Shown here in pieces: positions 1-10,328 of a DNA stretch of 64,000 nucleotides; the stretch's first letter is position 1, and the number at the start of each line of letters is the position of its first letter. This DNA is from Cladosporium halotolerans (lineage: Eukaryota): positions 124,001-188,000 of the forward strand of contig NW_027191486.1 of the NCBI RefSeq assembly GCF_011745625.1, in the 5' to 3' direction. The translations under genes were made by a program, and so were the position numbers. The notes beneath the pieces were generated by a model. That model ran no database searches, was not told where the DNA came from, and worked only from the letters and a program-made list of their open reading frames with translations.

Positions 1-768
1 CTGTGGAAGCGGACTCCTGCTCGGAGAGAGCACCCGGCACCACCAGGGCCGCAATACAACGCCACAGAAGCAGGACGTGCCGCACAGGCTCCGGCGCGCG
101 TACGGGCGAGAAAGAGAGCAGTGGCAGCAAGGAAGATTTGGGCAACCTGCAGCGCGGCCATGTGTCTCCTTTCGGAAACATCAGCCTATCTTGAAGGAGA
201 GATCATCAAATGCTGCTGGGATCAGTTCGATGCTTGGCTCCACGAACCCAACCCATCTGCCGAAGATTCATTCACCGCGTCAGCAGACACCAACACGCCA
301 GAAAAGCCCACGCACCGCGACCCCGAAACCCTCGCAGCCGGCCACCGCGCCTTCCTCGCCGCGCTCACCTACGCCCTCTTCCTAACCGACGTCCCCTACA
401 CCAAAGAGCTCCGCTCGCTCCTCGGCAACGTAGACCAGCTCATCGCGCTCTTCGTCCGCCTTCTCGAAATCCAAGCCAAAATCGACCTCGAGCAAGAAGC
501 CGGGCTGGCGACGGACCACGTGGAGGACGACGAGCGCAAGATCGCGCTAGAGATCGACCGCGCGCGGAAGAGGGTCGATAGCGACCTTAGGTCGGTGATC
601 GGTAGGCTGAGGCAGTTGGATCAGGAGCGCATTGGGGCCGCGAGGTATCTGGATTTGGCGGGTGTGGAGACGGGTGGGTTTGAGCCGTGGAAGGGTGGGG
701 GTGTGGATCGGTTGTTGATGAAGTTGGAGTTTGGGAAGGTGAGGGAGGATGGGTATGATATTATTTGA
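1..768 (+). CDS. 3' part of gamma-tubulin complex component (Spc97/Spc98 family, probably GCP4); 5' end lies outside the window
   Basis: Frame +1 is open from base 1 to TGA at 766-768. Motifs DPETLAAGH..FL..L...LFLTD and C-terminal GVDRLLMKLEF resemble fungal GCP4 C-termini (recognised from memory). Confidence 0.65.
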   Translation: MWKRTPARREHPAPPGPQYNATEAGRAAQAPARVRARKRAVAARKIWATCSAAMCLLSETSAYLEGEIIKCCWDQFDAWLHEPNPSAEDSFTASADTNTPEKPTHRDPETLAAGHRAFLAALTYALFLTDVPYTKELRSLLGNVDQLIALFVRLLEIQAKIDLEQEAGLATDHVEDDERKIALEIDRARKRVDSDLRSVIGRLRQLDQERIGAARYLDLAGVETGGFEPWKGGGVDRLLMKLEFGKVREDGYDII

Positions 769-1107
769 GTTGGTAGACATCAAAAATGCTCAAGATACAC
801 AATAATCGATGTGTTGTGATCTTATCTTCGGGAGCGGTAGTACTTTCATATCTGTTGCCTGTTTGGCGTAACGCCGTGCCAAGACAGCTCGACTTCAACC
901 TCACAGGAGCTCTCTGGCCTGCTCAACTCCAGATCTGTGATATGAGTAAATTCTTCTCGACTCAATATCGTTTCCCAGTCATCATTTTGCTGATGAAAGA
1001 GGATGTTTCACAAATCTTCATAATGCGATAGAAGCTTCGACGCCTCCCACACAACGTTTTTGAACCCATTCACAGGGCTCTGAACCGCGGAAAGATAGCT
1101 CAAAGCC

Positions 1108-2319
1108 ATGGATGCGCCAGCATCTCACCAAATACAAAGCTCTACTCTTCCACCAGCTCAGCCATCATACATTCTCCGAGGCCACACGGCTCAAATCCAC
1201 TGTGTCCACTTCCTCCGGAAAAATTTGCGGTTACTGACCGGCGACGCCGATGGTTGGGTCGTTCTGTGGAATCTTGCGACTAAGCGTCCGGTCGCTGTCT
1301 GGAAGCCCCATGCTGGATCTGTGCTTGGGGTAGGGAGTTGGGGTGACGAGGACGAAAATGTGATAACGTAGGTTCTGGTCTAGATTGCAAAGGCTGACCC
1401 CAGATGCTGACCGTCCGACAGACACGGCCGAGACAACAAACTCCTCGTCTGGCAACTACGCGAGCAAGACGAGGTAACCTTCTCGAAAACCCTCCCAATC
1501 GACGACGCAACCTCAGAAAGAAAACAACCCTGGCTCCTCCACAGCCTAGACGTCAACGCCCTGAACTTCTGCTCCTTCGCCATGTCCCACATCCCTCCAC
1601 CCACCACAAACGACCCCCCACCAACGCCCGACAAAATTCTCCTCGCCGTCCCCGGCCTCCAAGACGGCATGATCAACCTCACCGCCCTCCCCTCCAACAC
1701 CCGCTACGCCACCATCCCCCCTCCCAAATCCACCAACACCGGCATGCTCATGGCCCTCAGCCTGCACCAACCCCCTTCCTCAGCCCACCCCTTAATAGCC
1801 GCAGGCTACGAAAGCGGCCACGTCGCCCTCTGGCGCCACAACCCCACCACCTCCCTCCAAACCTGGCAAACCACCTACCTCTCGCAACCGCACTCGCAGC
1901 CCGTCCTCTCCATCGCCATCGCGCCGCACACGGCGTGCTTCTTCTCCAGCTCCGCGGACGCCGTCGTCGCGCGCCACCCGCTGCCCGAGAGCTCCACGGA
2001 GCCCAAAAGCGTGCAGACGCGGCACGCGGGCCAGCAGGCGCTGGCCGTGCGGTCGGACGGGCGCGTGTTCGCGACGGCGGGGTGGGATGGGCGCGTGAGA
2101 GTTTATGCTGCGAGGGGGATGGGGGAGCTGGCGGTGCTGAAGTGGCATCGGGAGGGGTGTTATGCGGCGGCGTTCGCGGAGGTGTTGGATGAGGAGGGTG
2201 GGGAGGATCGGGAAAAGGCGCTGACGGTGGCGCAGCAGCGGGTTGCGAGGGTAAGGGCGACGCATTGGCTGGCGGCGGGGAGTAAGGATGGGAAGGTTTC
2301 GTTGTGGGATGTTTATTGA
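1108..2319 (+). CDS. ASA1: ASTRA-associated protein 1, WD40 repeat protein; exons 1108-1367, 1422-2319
   Basis: N-terminal [24 protein letters not shown], spliced [28 protein letters not shown], and terminal [16 protein letters not shown]. Intron 1368-1421 (GTAGGT..CTGAC..CAG) restores the frame. Confidence 0.9.
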
Positions 2320-2467
2320 GACTGAGAGTGAAATCGAGGGTGGCTGGGAATTGTGTGGAATTCTTGGGGTGTATGCAAAGAAGCTATGGGTATCTTCAAT
2401 GAGGTGCAAGAAAGGAAGACAAAGAAGGAAAAACAGCAAGCGGTAATCATATCCAAGGACCGCTCTA

Positions 2468-4843
2468 TCAACCCAAGTTGAACTCCGACGCTCCACCCAT
2501 GCTCCTGCCCATTTTGTTCATCTTCCTTCTCGCCTCCTGCTCGTCCGTCATCTCCGGCACGTCGAGATCCGCCGCATCGCGCGACCGCTTGCCATCGCCT
2601 GAAGCAGCAGCGTGGTTCTTGCCCGCTTGTGCCCGGCGCGCAGTCTTCATCTTCGCGCCGTCTTCCTTGCCCGGTCTCAGACCCGGCACGCGGATGGAAC
2701 CGGGCTTGTCGCGCAGCGCGAAAGCCTTTGCGAGGTGTCCGAGATGCAGCTGCTTCATGTCGAACATGCTGCGCTCGGAGGCGATGTGGGTTGTGTAGGC
2801 ACGGATATGGCTCTGGTAGGCTCTGCGGGCCTGCTCGAGGTGGCGCGGATGTTCGGTGGTCCAGCGCTCGGACTCGATCTGCCATTCGGTCGCGGCCTGT
2901 TCCCACTCACGGTTCGTGACGACGCCCGAGGCCGAGAAGCCCTTCTTCAGCAGCTCGTCGGCATCGTGATGGGTAAGGTTGCGTGGACGACTTTCTTTCA
3001 AGATATCAACGTATCCCTCTTCGCAGCCTGGCTGCAAGAAGATCATAGCGCGACCTTCCTTACCTGCACGGGCAGTACGACCGGCACGGTGAAGGTGGTC
3101 TTCCTTGCTGAAGGGAGGGTCGTATTCAATGACAAAGTCGACGTTGGGCAGATCGAGACCACGGGATGCAACGTCTGTACACACGAGCACTGCTGGGTCT
3201 TCACATTTGCTGAACGCTTTCAGCGCTGCTGTACGCGTGCTTTGCTGTAGGGAACCGTGAAGACGGAAGATGTGGACTGGGTTTTCGGAGGTTGCGAATG
3301 CAGCGGCGGGGCCATCTATGCGGTTCTCTGCGATGGTGTTGCCTTGAGGGATCTTGTCGGTTCGGCTCTGCTTGGGAAGCTTCAATTCTTGCATCGCATC
3401 GCTCGAGTCCTTCTTCTTGTCCTTGGAAGTGCTGGCAATGTCGTGTGTGAGCAATTCGAAGTGGAAATCGACACTGTCCGCACAGCTCATAAACACAATG
3501 CACTTCATCACGCTTCCCTTCCTCTTGAAAGCTTGTTTGAGCACCGCAATAAGCGTGACCAGTCTCTGCTTGGGCGGGACAATGGCGTAGCTTTGCTTCA
3601 ACTGTGCGGGTGCAGAAAACACTTGCTCGGTGACCTCTCCGTTTGCATCGTTCGTGCGCTCTGACGCTTCAACGGCAATCGTGACCGGATCATGAAGGGC
3701 GATAGACTTGAGCTGCTCGATGTCTGCCTTGATAGTGGCAGAACACAGCACGGTATTCCGCTTCTCAGGGAGCCCGGGGATCGGAGTCTCTTGGACCTTC
3801 CTCGAACGCAGGTTCAGGTTACTAACAATCTTTTGAATGTCCTGGTCGAATCCGAGCTCCATCAAGCGATCACCTTCATCCAGCACCAGCCACCTGACTC
3901 TGCTCACATCCAGTACCTCGGTGTTGTTCAAGTGATCCGCAAGTCTACCAGGGGTGGCTACCAGGATGTTCAAGCCCTTTCGCAACCGCGCTTTCTCCGA
4001 TTGTTTCTTTTCTCCACCAATGACCGTACCTCCGACAATCCAGTGGCAACATGAAAGTAGGCCCTCCAGGACCGTCTCGATCTGCTTACTGAGTTCGCGC
4101 GTGGGCGCTAGGACGAGCGCGAAAAGACCGCTTTTCCTGTTGAAGTCCTGGCCTTCAGCCTTCATCTTTTTCGATATCTCGCTGATGCGCTGCACGATCG
4201 GCAGCAAATAAGCTAAAGTTTTACCGGAACCAGTTTGGGCCTGGATGAAGGCGTCCTTGTCGGTTGTGCATAACTGTTGCAACGATTTCCGCTGAATTTC
4301 TGTTGGGGCTTTGATGTTCATTTTGTTCAGAAGGTGACTCGCAATGTTAGGCGAAAGCCCGAGGTTTGTGAAAGTGGCCATCTCGTCGGTCAAAGGTGCA
4401 TTCGACGGTTCGACAGGAGTCTCATCCTCGGCAACGGGGTCTGGTTTCGCGGCTTTCGCAGCAGGGTTGTAGGTGAACAGTGACGAAATAACTTCGCCAT
4501 TTGTCGACTTGGGCAGCGTCTCGCGCATACCAGGGGCTCGTCCACCCGGTCGCGGTCCAGTCCTGGGCGGTTGGAATCCTCCATCGTGGTTGTCCGTCCT
4601 CGGTCTCTTTGCAGGTTTTCCGTCTCCCCGAATGAACTCTTCCTTTTCGCCACGCACATTACCGTAATCCGGCGTTTTGTTTGACTTGCCCGTCGCGCGC
4701 TCTTCTGCCTTTTTGCGTCCCCATTCCGCAGATTTTCTCGCCGTCAAGCGGTCTTTCCAGCTACCGCCCTTGAACGATTTTTTGGGCGCCTGGAAGGCGT
4801 CGGTGGGCAGCTCAAAATTGAGCAGCATTCCATCGTCGCCCAT
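2468..4843 (-). CDS. DBP7: DEAD-box ATP-dependent RNA helicase DBP7 (60S biogenesis)
   Basis: MGDDGMLLNF start, AQTGSGKT, PTREL, TPGRLADH, variant DEGD box, SAT, HRAGRTARAG, C-terminal HLGHLAKAFALR and SEFNLG. Confidence 0.95.
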   Translation of the reverse strand: MGDDGMLLNFELPTDAFQAPKKSFKGGSWKDRLTARKSAEWGRKKAEERATGKSNKTPDYGNVRGEKEEFIRGDGKPAKRPRTDNHDGGFQPPRTGPRPGGRAPGMRETLPKSTNGEVISSLFTYNPAAKAAKPDPVAEDETPVEPSNAPLTDEMATFTNLGLSPNIASHLLNKMNIKAPTEIQRKSLQQLCTTDKDAFIQAQTGSGKTLAYLLPIVQRISEISKKMKAEGQDFNRKSGLFALVLAPTRELSKQIETVLEGLLSCCHWIVGGTVIGGEKKQSEKARLRKGLNILVATPGRLADHLNNTEVLDVSRVRWLVLDEGDRLMELGFDQDIQKIVSNLNLRSRKVQETPIPGLPEKRNTVLCSATIKADIEQLKSIALHDPVTIAVEASERTNDANGEVTEQVFSAPAQLKQSYAIVPPKQRLVTLIAVLKQAFKRKGSVMKCIVFMSCADSVDFHFELLTHDIASTSKDKKKDSSDAMQELKLPKQSRTDKIPQGNTIAENRIDGPAAAFATSENPVHIFRLHGSLQQSTRTAALKAFSKCEDPAVLVCTDVASRGLDLPNVDFVIEYDPPFSKEDHLHRAGRTARAGKEGRAMIFLQPGCEEGYVDILKESRPRNLTHHDADELLKKGFSASGVVTNREWEQAATEWQIESERWTTEHPRHLEQARRAYQSHIRAYTTHIASERSMFDMKQLHLGHLAKAFALRDKPGSIRVPGLRPGKEDGAKMKTARRAQAGKNHAAASGDGKRSRDAADLDVPEMTDEQEARRKMNKMGRSMGGASEFNLG

Positions 4844-5269
4844 GATGCCCTCGATTGACCCGCGCGCTGCGGTATGGGCTGATTGTATAGAGTCAAAGTG
4901 ATGGACGGCGGCCAGAAATGTCAAGGAAAAATGCGGACTTGAACTCTTTGGGGCTAGAGCGCGCTGCCCCGCTGGTGAAGCTTCGCCCTGCAGCTCGCCG
5001 AGCGCCGAGAGAGGGCACGGTCTTTCGCGGGCTCTCACGCCGAGCTGCCTCATGCTCCAATGTCCGCGGTAAACAGCTTCACACCATGCGTGAATGCCCG
5101 CGCAGTCAGCTATTTGATCATTTATAAATTCGATTTCTGACTCAAGCTTGATGCTTACCAGAACTTGTAGGTGATTGCAACCTTTCAGCAATTTTTGTCC
5201 GGCGAAAAGGCCCATTTCACGCAGCAGCTCTTCGTCAAAGATCCTATACACAGAAAACCAAAAATCGCT

Positions 5270-6382
5270 ATGTCGACAATCATGGCGCATCGCATAGCGG
5301 GCTCAAGAGCTAGAGCTGGTGCATTCTTTTCCAGGAGCCGGAACACAACATCGATCAATCTAACCCTACTGGCAAAATCTATCCACATCTTCCGAGACGT
5401 CCCTCCTCTTCGCACTCACCGACGAGAGCTCCTCCTCAATGGGAAGACCGTTGGTCTCGTGCCCACCATGGGCGCTCTGCACAAAGGTCACATTTCCCTG
5501 GTCAGACAAGCAGCAGAAGAGAACAGCCATGTCTTCGTCTCGGTCTACGTCAACCCCACCCAATTCGGCGTGAACGAGGATCTCGACAGCTACCCCAAGA
5601 CATGGGATAGCGACATGGCTCAATTGAAAGAGCTGGATGAGGAACTGGAGAAGAGCGGCAAAGGCAGGATTGACGCGGTGTTTGCGCCTACAACCAAAAC
5701 AATGTACCCAACTCTGCCGCCCGACTCCACCTTGCCCGGCACCGGCTCGTTCGTCACCATTACACCTTTGGCCAACCTGCTGGAAGGCCAGAGTCGACCT
5801 GTCTTCTTCCGCGGTGTGGCTACAGTGTGTACCAAACTATTCAACATCGTGGAGCCCGAGCGTGTATACTTCGGCCAGAAAGACGTGCAGCAGACGGTCA
5901 TCATAAAGCGCATGGTCCAAGACTTTCACATGAACACGGAGGTGCGGATAGGCCCGACAGAACGCGAGAGCGACGGTCTAGCAATGAGTAGCCGCAACGT
6001 ATACCTCGGCGAGCGACGGAGAAAAACGGGCATCGTTCTTTCCGTGGCCCTTGGAGCCGCGAGAGCCGCCTACGAAATGGGCAAGACCAACCGCGACGAT
6101 ATCCTGGCGCTGGCTTGGGACATTACGAACATGATGAACATTGGACAGGATGAGCTTCCGGTGGAAAAGCAGGCTCAGTTTGAAGTCGACTATATCTCGC
6201 TGGCGGATCCGGATACGTTGGAAGAAGTTGAGACCGTGGACCCGAAGAAGGGAGCCATCCTCAGTGGTGCTATTAAGATGCTACCGCTTGAAGCCACGGT
6301 CGATGGAGAGAAGCTTGGCCTTGGAAATGATAAAGTGCCTGTGCGACTCATCGACAATTTGATCTTGAAGCCGAAAGCGTAA
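5270..6382 (+). CDS. PAN6: Pantoate-beta-alanine ligase (pantothenate synthetase) with Arg/Ser-rich N-terminal extension
   Basis: VPTMGALHKGH, SVYVNPTQF, FFRGVATV, YFGQKD.QQ, RESDGLAMSSRN, VRLIDN. Start placed at the first in-frame ATG, 5270. Confidence 0.95.
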   Translation: MSTIMAHRIAGSRARAGAFFSRSRNTTSINLTLLAKSIHIFRDVPPLRTHRRELLLNGKTVGLVPTMGALHKGHISLVRQAAEENSHVFVSVYVNPTQFGVNEDLDSYPKTWDSDMAQLKELDEELEKSGKGRIDAVFAPTTKTMYPTLPPDSTLPGTGSFVTITPLANLLEGQSRPVFFRGVATVCTKLFNIVEPERVYFGQKDVQQTVIIKRMVQDFHMNTEVRIGPTERESDGLAMSSRNVYLGERRRKTGIVLSVALGAARAAYEMGKTNRDDILALAWDITNMMNIGQDELPVEKQAQFEVDYISLADPDTLEEVETVDPKKGAILSGAIKMLPLEATVDGEKLGLGNDKVPVRLIDNLILKPKA

Positions 6383-6722
6383 GATCTTCGACCGTTGGTT
6401 TGATATTATTTCCACGGTATTGGATGGTGCTACCTAAGCGCTCAGTCTCACCGGTCTGGACGACTCGGTAGTGACGAAGGATGATCCTGGAATCGAACGC
6501 GTCATGGCATCTCTATACTTACGGAAGCTGCTAGCCACCAGCACATGATTACGGACTTGAATTACCGGGTTGGGAAAGACTAATCCTAGAAGCAAACTCA
6601 TGCTGGCATTAATCGTTACATTCATGGCATTTGCATAATCATGAAAAGTACTAGGGAAGCACACAATATTGCCAATCTGGATAGCCCCTCGGAGGTGGGC
6701 TCGCACACGAGCTCGATCGCGC

Positions 6723-8836
6723 TCAAGCCTTGTCGTCGGTCTTCGCAACCTCCTGCCTCTCTTCGGACGGAGTCTCCTGCATTTCCAATTTCTTCGAACC
6801 CGCCTCCGGATCGACGACGGAATTTCCGCGGCTGGCAGCCATGACCAGGTTGGGGTTCTCCTCCTTGAGTCTGGCAAAGTGCTTCTCTGCATCCCAGACC
6901 CAAGGTGAGTCGGCTTCGAAGAGCAAGTCGATTTCCTGGCGCGAATGGTCAGTACGTGTTAGGAAGAGGGTTCTATGAGCATTGATGATACCTCGAGCGT
7001 TCTCTGGTTCGATTCGGGATAGAGCGCCCAAACCATGGGGATAGAGAGGACGTTGGCGGCGCCGAAGATGTACAGCGTGGCTTCGCCGATAGAGCTGAAC
7101 TGTTGCAGAGTTAGCGGACAGGTCGATAGAGTTGAAAGCAATAATGAAAGAGCCAGGGAATGAACATACCATTACCGGACACAGCAGCGTGAGCCAACCA
7201 TTGCCAATACCTGTCAAATAATGTTAACGGATGGGACCTTGATTGAAACGAGACGCGTTGAACTCACTCCATCCGACAACACCGAACGCGTTGCCCTTGG
7301 CACGCACTTCCAGTGGGAAGATCTCAGCCGGGTAGAGCCACGGAACCGTCAACCAAGTTGCGCCGAATACGAACGTGAAGATGTATACGAAACTTGCCGC
7401 CGCAGCGCCATACGAGTCGGCGGAAGCAGTGTTGCCAGCTGCACGCGCGTCGAGGCCGGCGCGAGCCATCCCGCCTGCGAGGAACATGGCGATACCTTGG
7501 CCAACAGCGCCCCAATACCTGAGATACTGTGATTAGCGATAGTCGATTACAAGGCGACAGAGCATGCTTACAACGTCCACCTGCGGCCAATCCTGTCAAG
7601 CGTGAAGACGCAGATGAGTGTCGAGAACATGTAAAAGACGTTGTTGAGACCGCTGATCCATCTACAGACGAAGAATCGCTGGTCAGTCAAGCACTCCCAA
7701 TATTGAAGGGCACGTCGGTGTCGAGTGTATACTCACTGGCTCTTCTCCGAATTGAAGCCTGCGATGCGAAAGATGGTGGGTGCCTATAATAGCATGTTAG
7801 CTTGTCACGTGCCGGGGATTCGCTAAGCCCAAGCCAAATGGGAACTCACATAAACTGTCACGCCAGCAATCCCAACCCACTCCTGCATGATTTGCAACCA
7901 GATGACCAACTGCACGCGGCGTCCAGTGTGTAGCTTGCCGCTCCCTTTACCAATTAGCATGGACAGGTAGCTGTTGGACCGCGCGTGCGCCCGCTCCCGG
8001 ACGACGATGTTCTTGATATCCTGGAACTCGGCCTCTGCCCTCACGGCATCCTCTCCCTCACTGCCGCGTAACCGTTTGAGGATGTACCGTGCCTCTTCGT
8101 CTCTGCCTACTTTTGCCAGCCAGCGAGGGCTTTCGGGGAAGAACCAGCAGACGGCGAACAGTATCAGCAATGGGATGATTTGGAACGCAATCGGAAACCT
8201 CCAGCGTATCGGTGACCTGCCTCCATCGATGAAACTCAGACCGAATTCTAGCCAGTACGCCAAGACCACGCCTGCTATATTTAAAGTGAACTCGATTGCG
8301 ATAAATTGGCCTCGAGAAGTGTGGTCAGCGGTCTCAGTTGCCCAGACCGGCACGATGGCGTTGAGAACGCCCGTTCCCCAGCCATTGATCAGACGCGCGA
8401 AGATCATCCAGATGTGGTTTTGCGCGGAGCATTGCAGTGCGGCGCCGAAGATGGCCCATGCAGCTCCGAATGCAATCGTGCGAACGCGACCGATTTTGTC
8501 GCCTACCCAGCCGCCGACGAGGCATCCGACCAGAGTTCCGAGGTAGTACACAGAGACCTAGTGCAGAATCGTCAGTCCTCAACCAGGAGAAGATACGATT
8601 AGTAGACTTACAATGCCACCCTGGAGCAATGAATCTGTGACGACCGGATCGCCTTCTTCATTGACATAGCCGAACCCCATGAGGTTAATGTAGTCCGTAG
8701 CGTTGTTGACGCCACCCATCATTCCCTGGTCATAACCGAAGAAGAAGATCGAAAGTGCTGCAACGCAGTTGATGGCGACGAGCAATTTCTTCTTCTCCAG
8801 CTTGTGCGCCACGCGCCAGCCTGTTATTTGATCCAT
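6723..8836 (-). CDS. MFS sugar porter (STL1-like), multi-exon
   Basis: FFGYDQGMMGG, DKIGR, WRFPIAFQ, FPESPRWL, PWLYPAEIFPL..RAKG, YPES..RTLEEID. Several GT-AG introns, e.g. 8558-8611. Confidence 0.9.
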
Positions 8837-9129
8837 GTTGTGCGAAGCGTACCCAGCGATTTCTCAATGGCCGTAGGAACCGTTCACATGCACGGGGGAG
8901 GTGGCAGGTGCGGCAAGACTATTATATAGTCAAACACCGAGAGAAAAGAAGATCGACCACCACCACGTGCCCACATGGCATTGCAGGTCCAAGTCTATTA
9001 TTTCGTTACCGTCCGGCGTTCGCTCGCCCGGAGCCGCGAGTCGGGGACCGCATATCCTGCCATACCTGACCGAAGTGGGTTCGAGATGCCAGAAAAAGCA
9101 GGCCGAAGAACTCAAGCGCTGACAAGCGA

Positions 9130-9142
9130 GTGGGGAGTGGGG
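9130..9142. promoter_or_regulatory. Tandem SYGGRG (CreA/Mig1-type carbon catabolite repression) candidate sites upstream of the sugar porter
   Basis: GTGGGGAGTGGGG lies about 300 bp upstream of the ATG at 8836. The motif is short and function is inferred only. Confidence 0.3.
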
Positions 9143-9718
9143 TCCCCCATGCTTAACTGGCAGGACTCGGGGGATTCCAGCACTTGGTTGGATCGGCTCC
9201 ACCACATGCCCATGGAGATCGGCGCGGAGAATAGGCTCGAACGCGCCGCTTGACTTTCTCTCGCTGCATTTTCATTTGCCGACGTGGGAGGTTGGCCGAT
9301 GGTGGCTTTTGAGTTTGGTGAAGTGTTACTGTGTAGGTTGCATGGCATACGCGTGGTTTATGATGATCTTGATCTTTGTCACTTGGTACTCGATGCGATT
9401 GAATTTGATCCTTACATTTGACATTTCTATCCACGATCTTGCTTGAGATGCCAAGGTGAGGCAATACCGTTTCTGTCCCACCTGCATCTGCATCGGCTGT
9501 CGCCGACAATAGGGTCGGGTAATGGTTCGCCGGTCTACGGTACCGTGACGATGACATTAGCCGGTGGGTTCGATATCACGCCGCATACGATACCTCCCTA
9601 CAGTAACTGCTCTCCTAGCCATGCATGACATGCATGTCACTAGCGCTCTCTGCGCGAACAGCACTGGCTCAGCGCATGTCGCGAATCCTGAAGTACGTGA
9701 ATCATGACACGTTCTAGC

Positions 9719-9808
9719 TCAAGAAGCACTACACCAAGAGCCACCGCCAGATCAACCCATTCTCGATCACGCCGGTTGGTCCGGTCCGGGACATTCTGCC
9801 CCTCGACG
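9719..9808 (+). repeat. Inverted 90-bp duplicate of GST-omega coding sequence 10364-10453
   Basis: TCAAGAAGCACTACACC...CCCCTCGACG matches the reverse complement of 10364-10453 at 89/90 positions by manual alignment. Confidence 0.95.
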
Positions 9809-9852
9809 GAGTGGGATCTAACTGTATCCGATGTGAGGATATCCTTCAAGCC

Positions 9853-10160
9853 ATAGCAACTTGGGGAGTGTTGCGAGAAGCTCACACGGAAGCGGTAAGG
9901 ATATTTGCGCTGCTAAAAGACCTTTGTCTTTAGATTCATCGTTTGCCTTCCAGGAGAGACATAGATATCGTGCGAGAAGCTTATACGAGAGCAGTAAAGA
10001 TGCGTGAACTGCCATCAAGATTGTTATTGTTATAAACATCGTTTACGTCTAGGAGAGGGATAGATATCCTGAGAGAAGCTTTTATGAAGGCAGTAAAGAT
10101 ACTTGAGTTACTACAAAGATCTTGGACAATAGGACCATTGTTTTACGTTTAGAAGATGCG
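9853..10160 (+). repeat. Degenerate tandem repeat, period 99 bp, about 3 units; possible decayed 33-aa-repeat (ankyrin/TPR-like) pseudogene
   Basis: GAGAAGCT anchors at 9875, 9974 and 10073. Units share GATAT..GAGAAGCT...GC(A/G)GTAA(A/G)GAT. One frame reads LREAHTEAVRI / VREAYTRAVKM / LREAFMKAVKI, interrupted by stops. Confidence 0.75.
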
Positions 10161-10328
10161 TGGATGTTCCGGTTGCTCTCTCGTGCTCGAAGTTCACAGC
10201 CTGATTAGCAGCCGGCACGCCCAGGAGTAACGACGAAAGCACATGGTTGAGACGAAAAGCCCCGTACCGTTGCTGAGAGGCTATCTGTGCGGTCTTCGGA
10301 CATGTCAATCTCTCCAAAGCTCCATTCT

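Noticed and set aside
4844..5290. N-terminal extensions of DBP7 and PAN6 in the ORF track that appear to overlap head-to-head
   Set aside because: They come from non-ATG or upstream starts. The conserved starts are at 4843 and about 5270, leaving a normal divergent promoter.
9853..10160. CRISPR-like interpretation of the periodic repeat
   Set aside because: The context is eukaryotic, the units are similar along their whole length with no unique spacers, and there are no cas genes.
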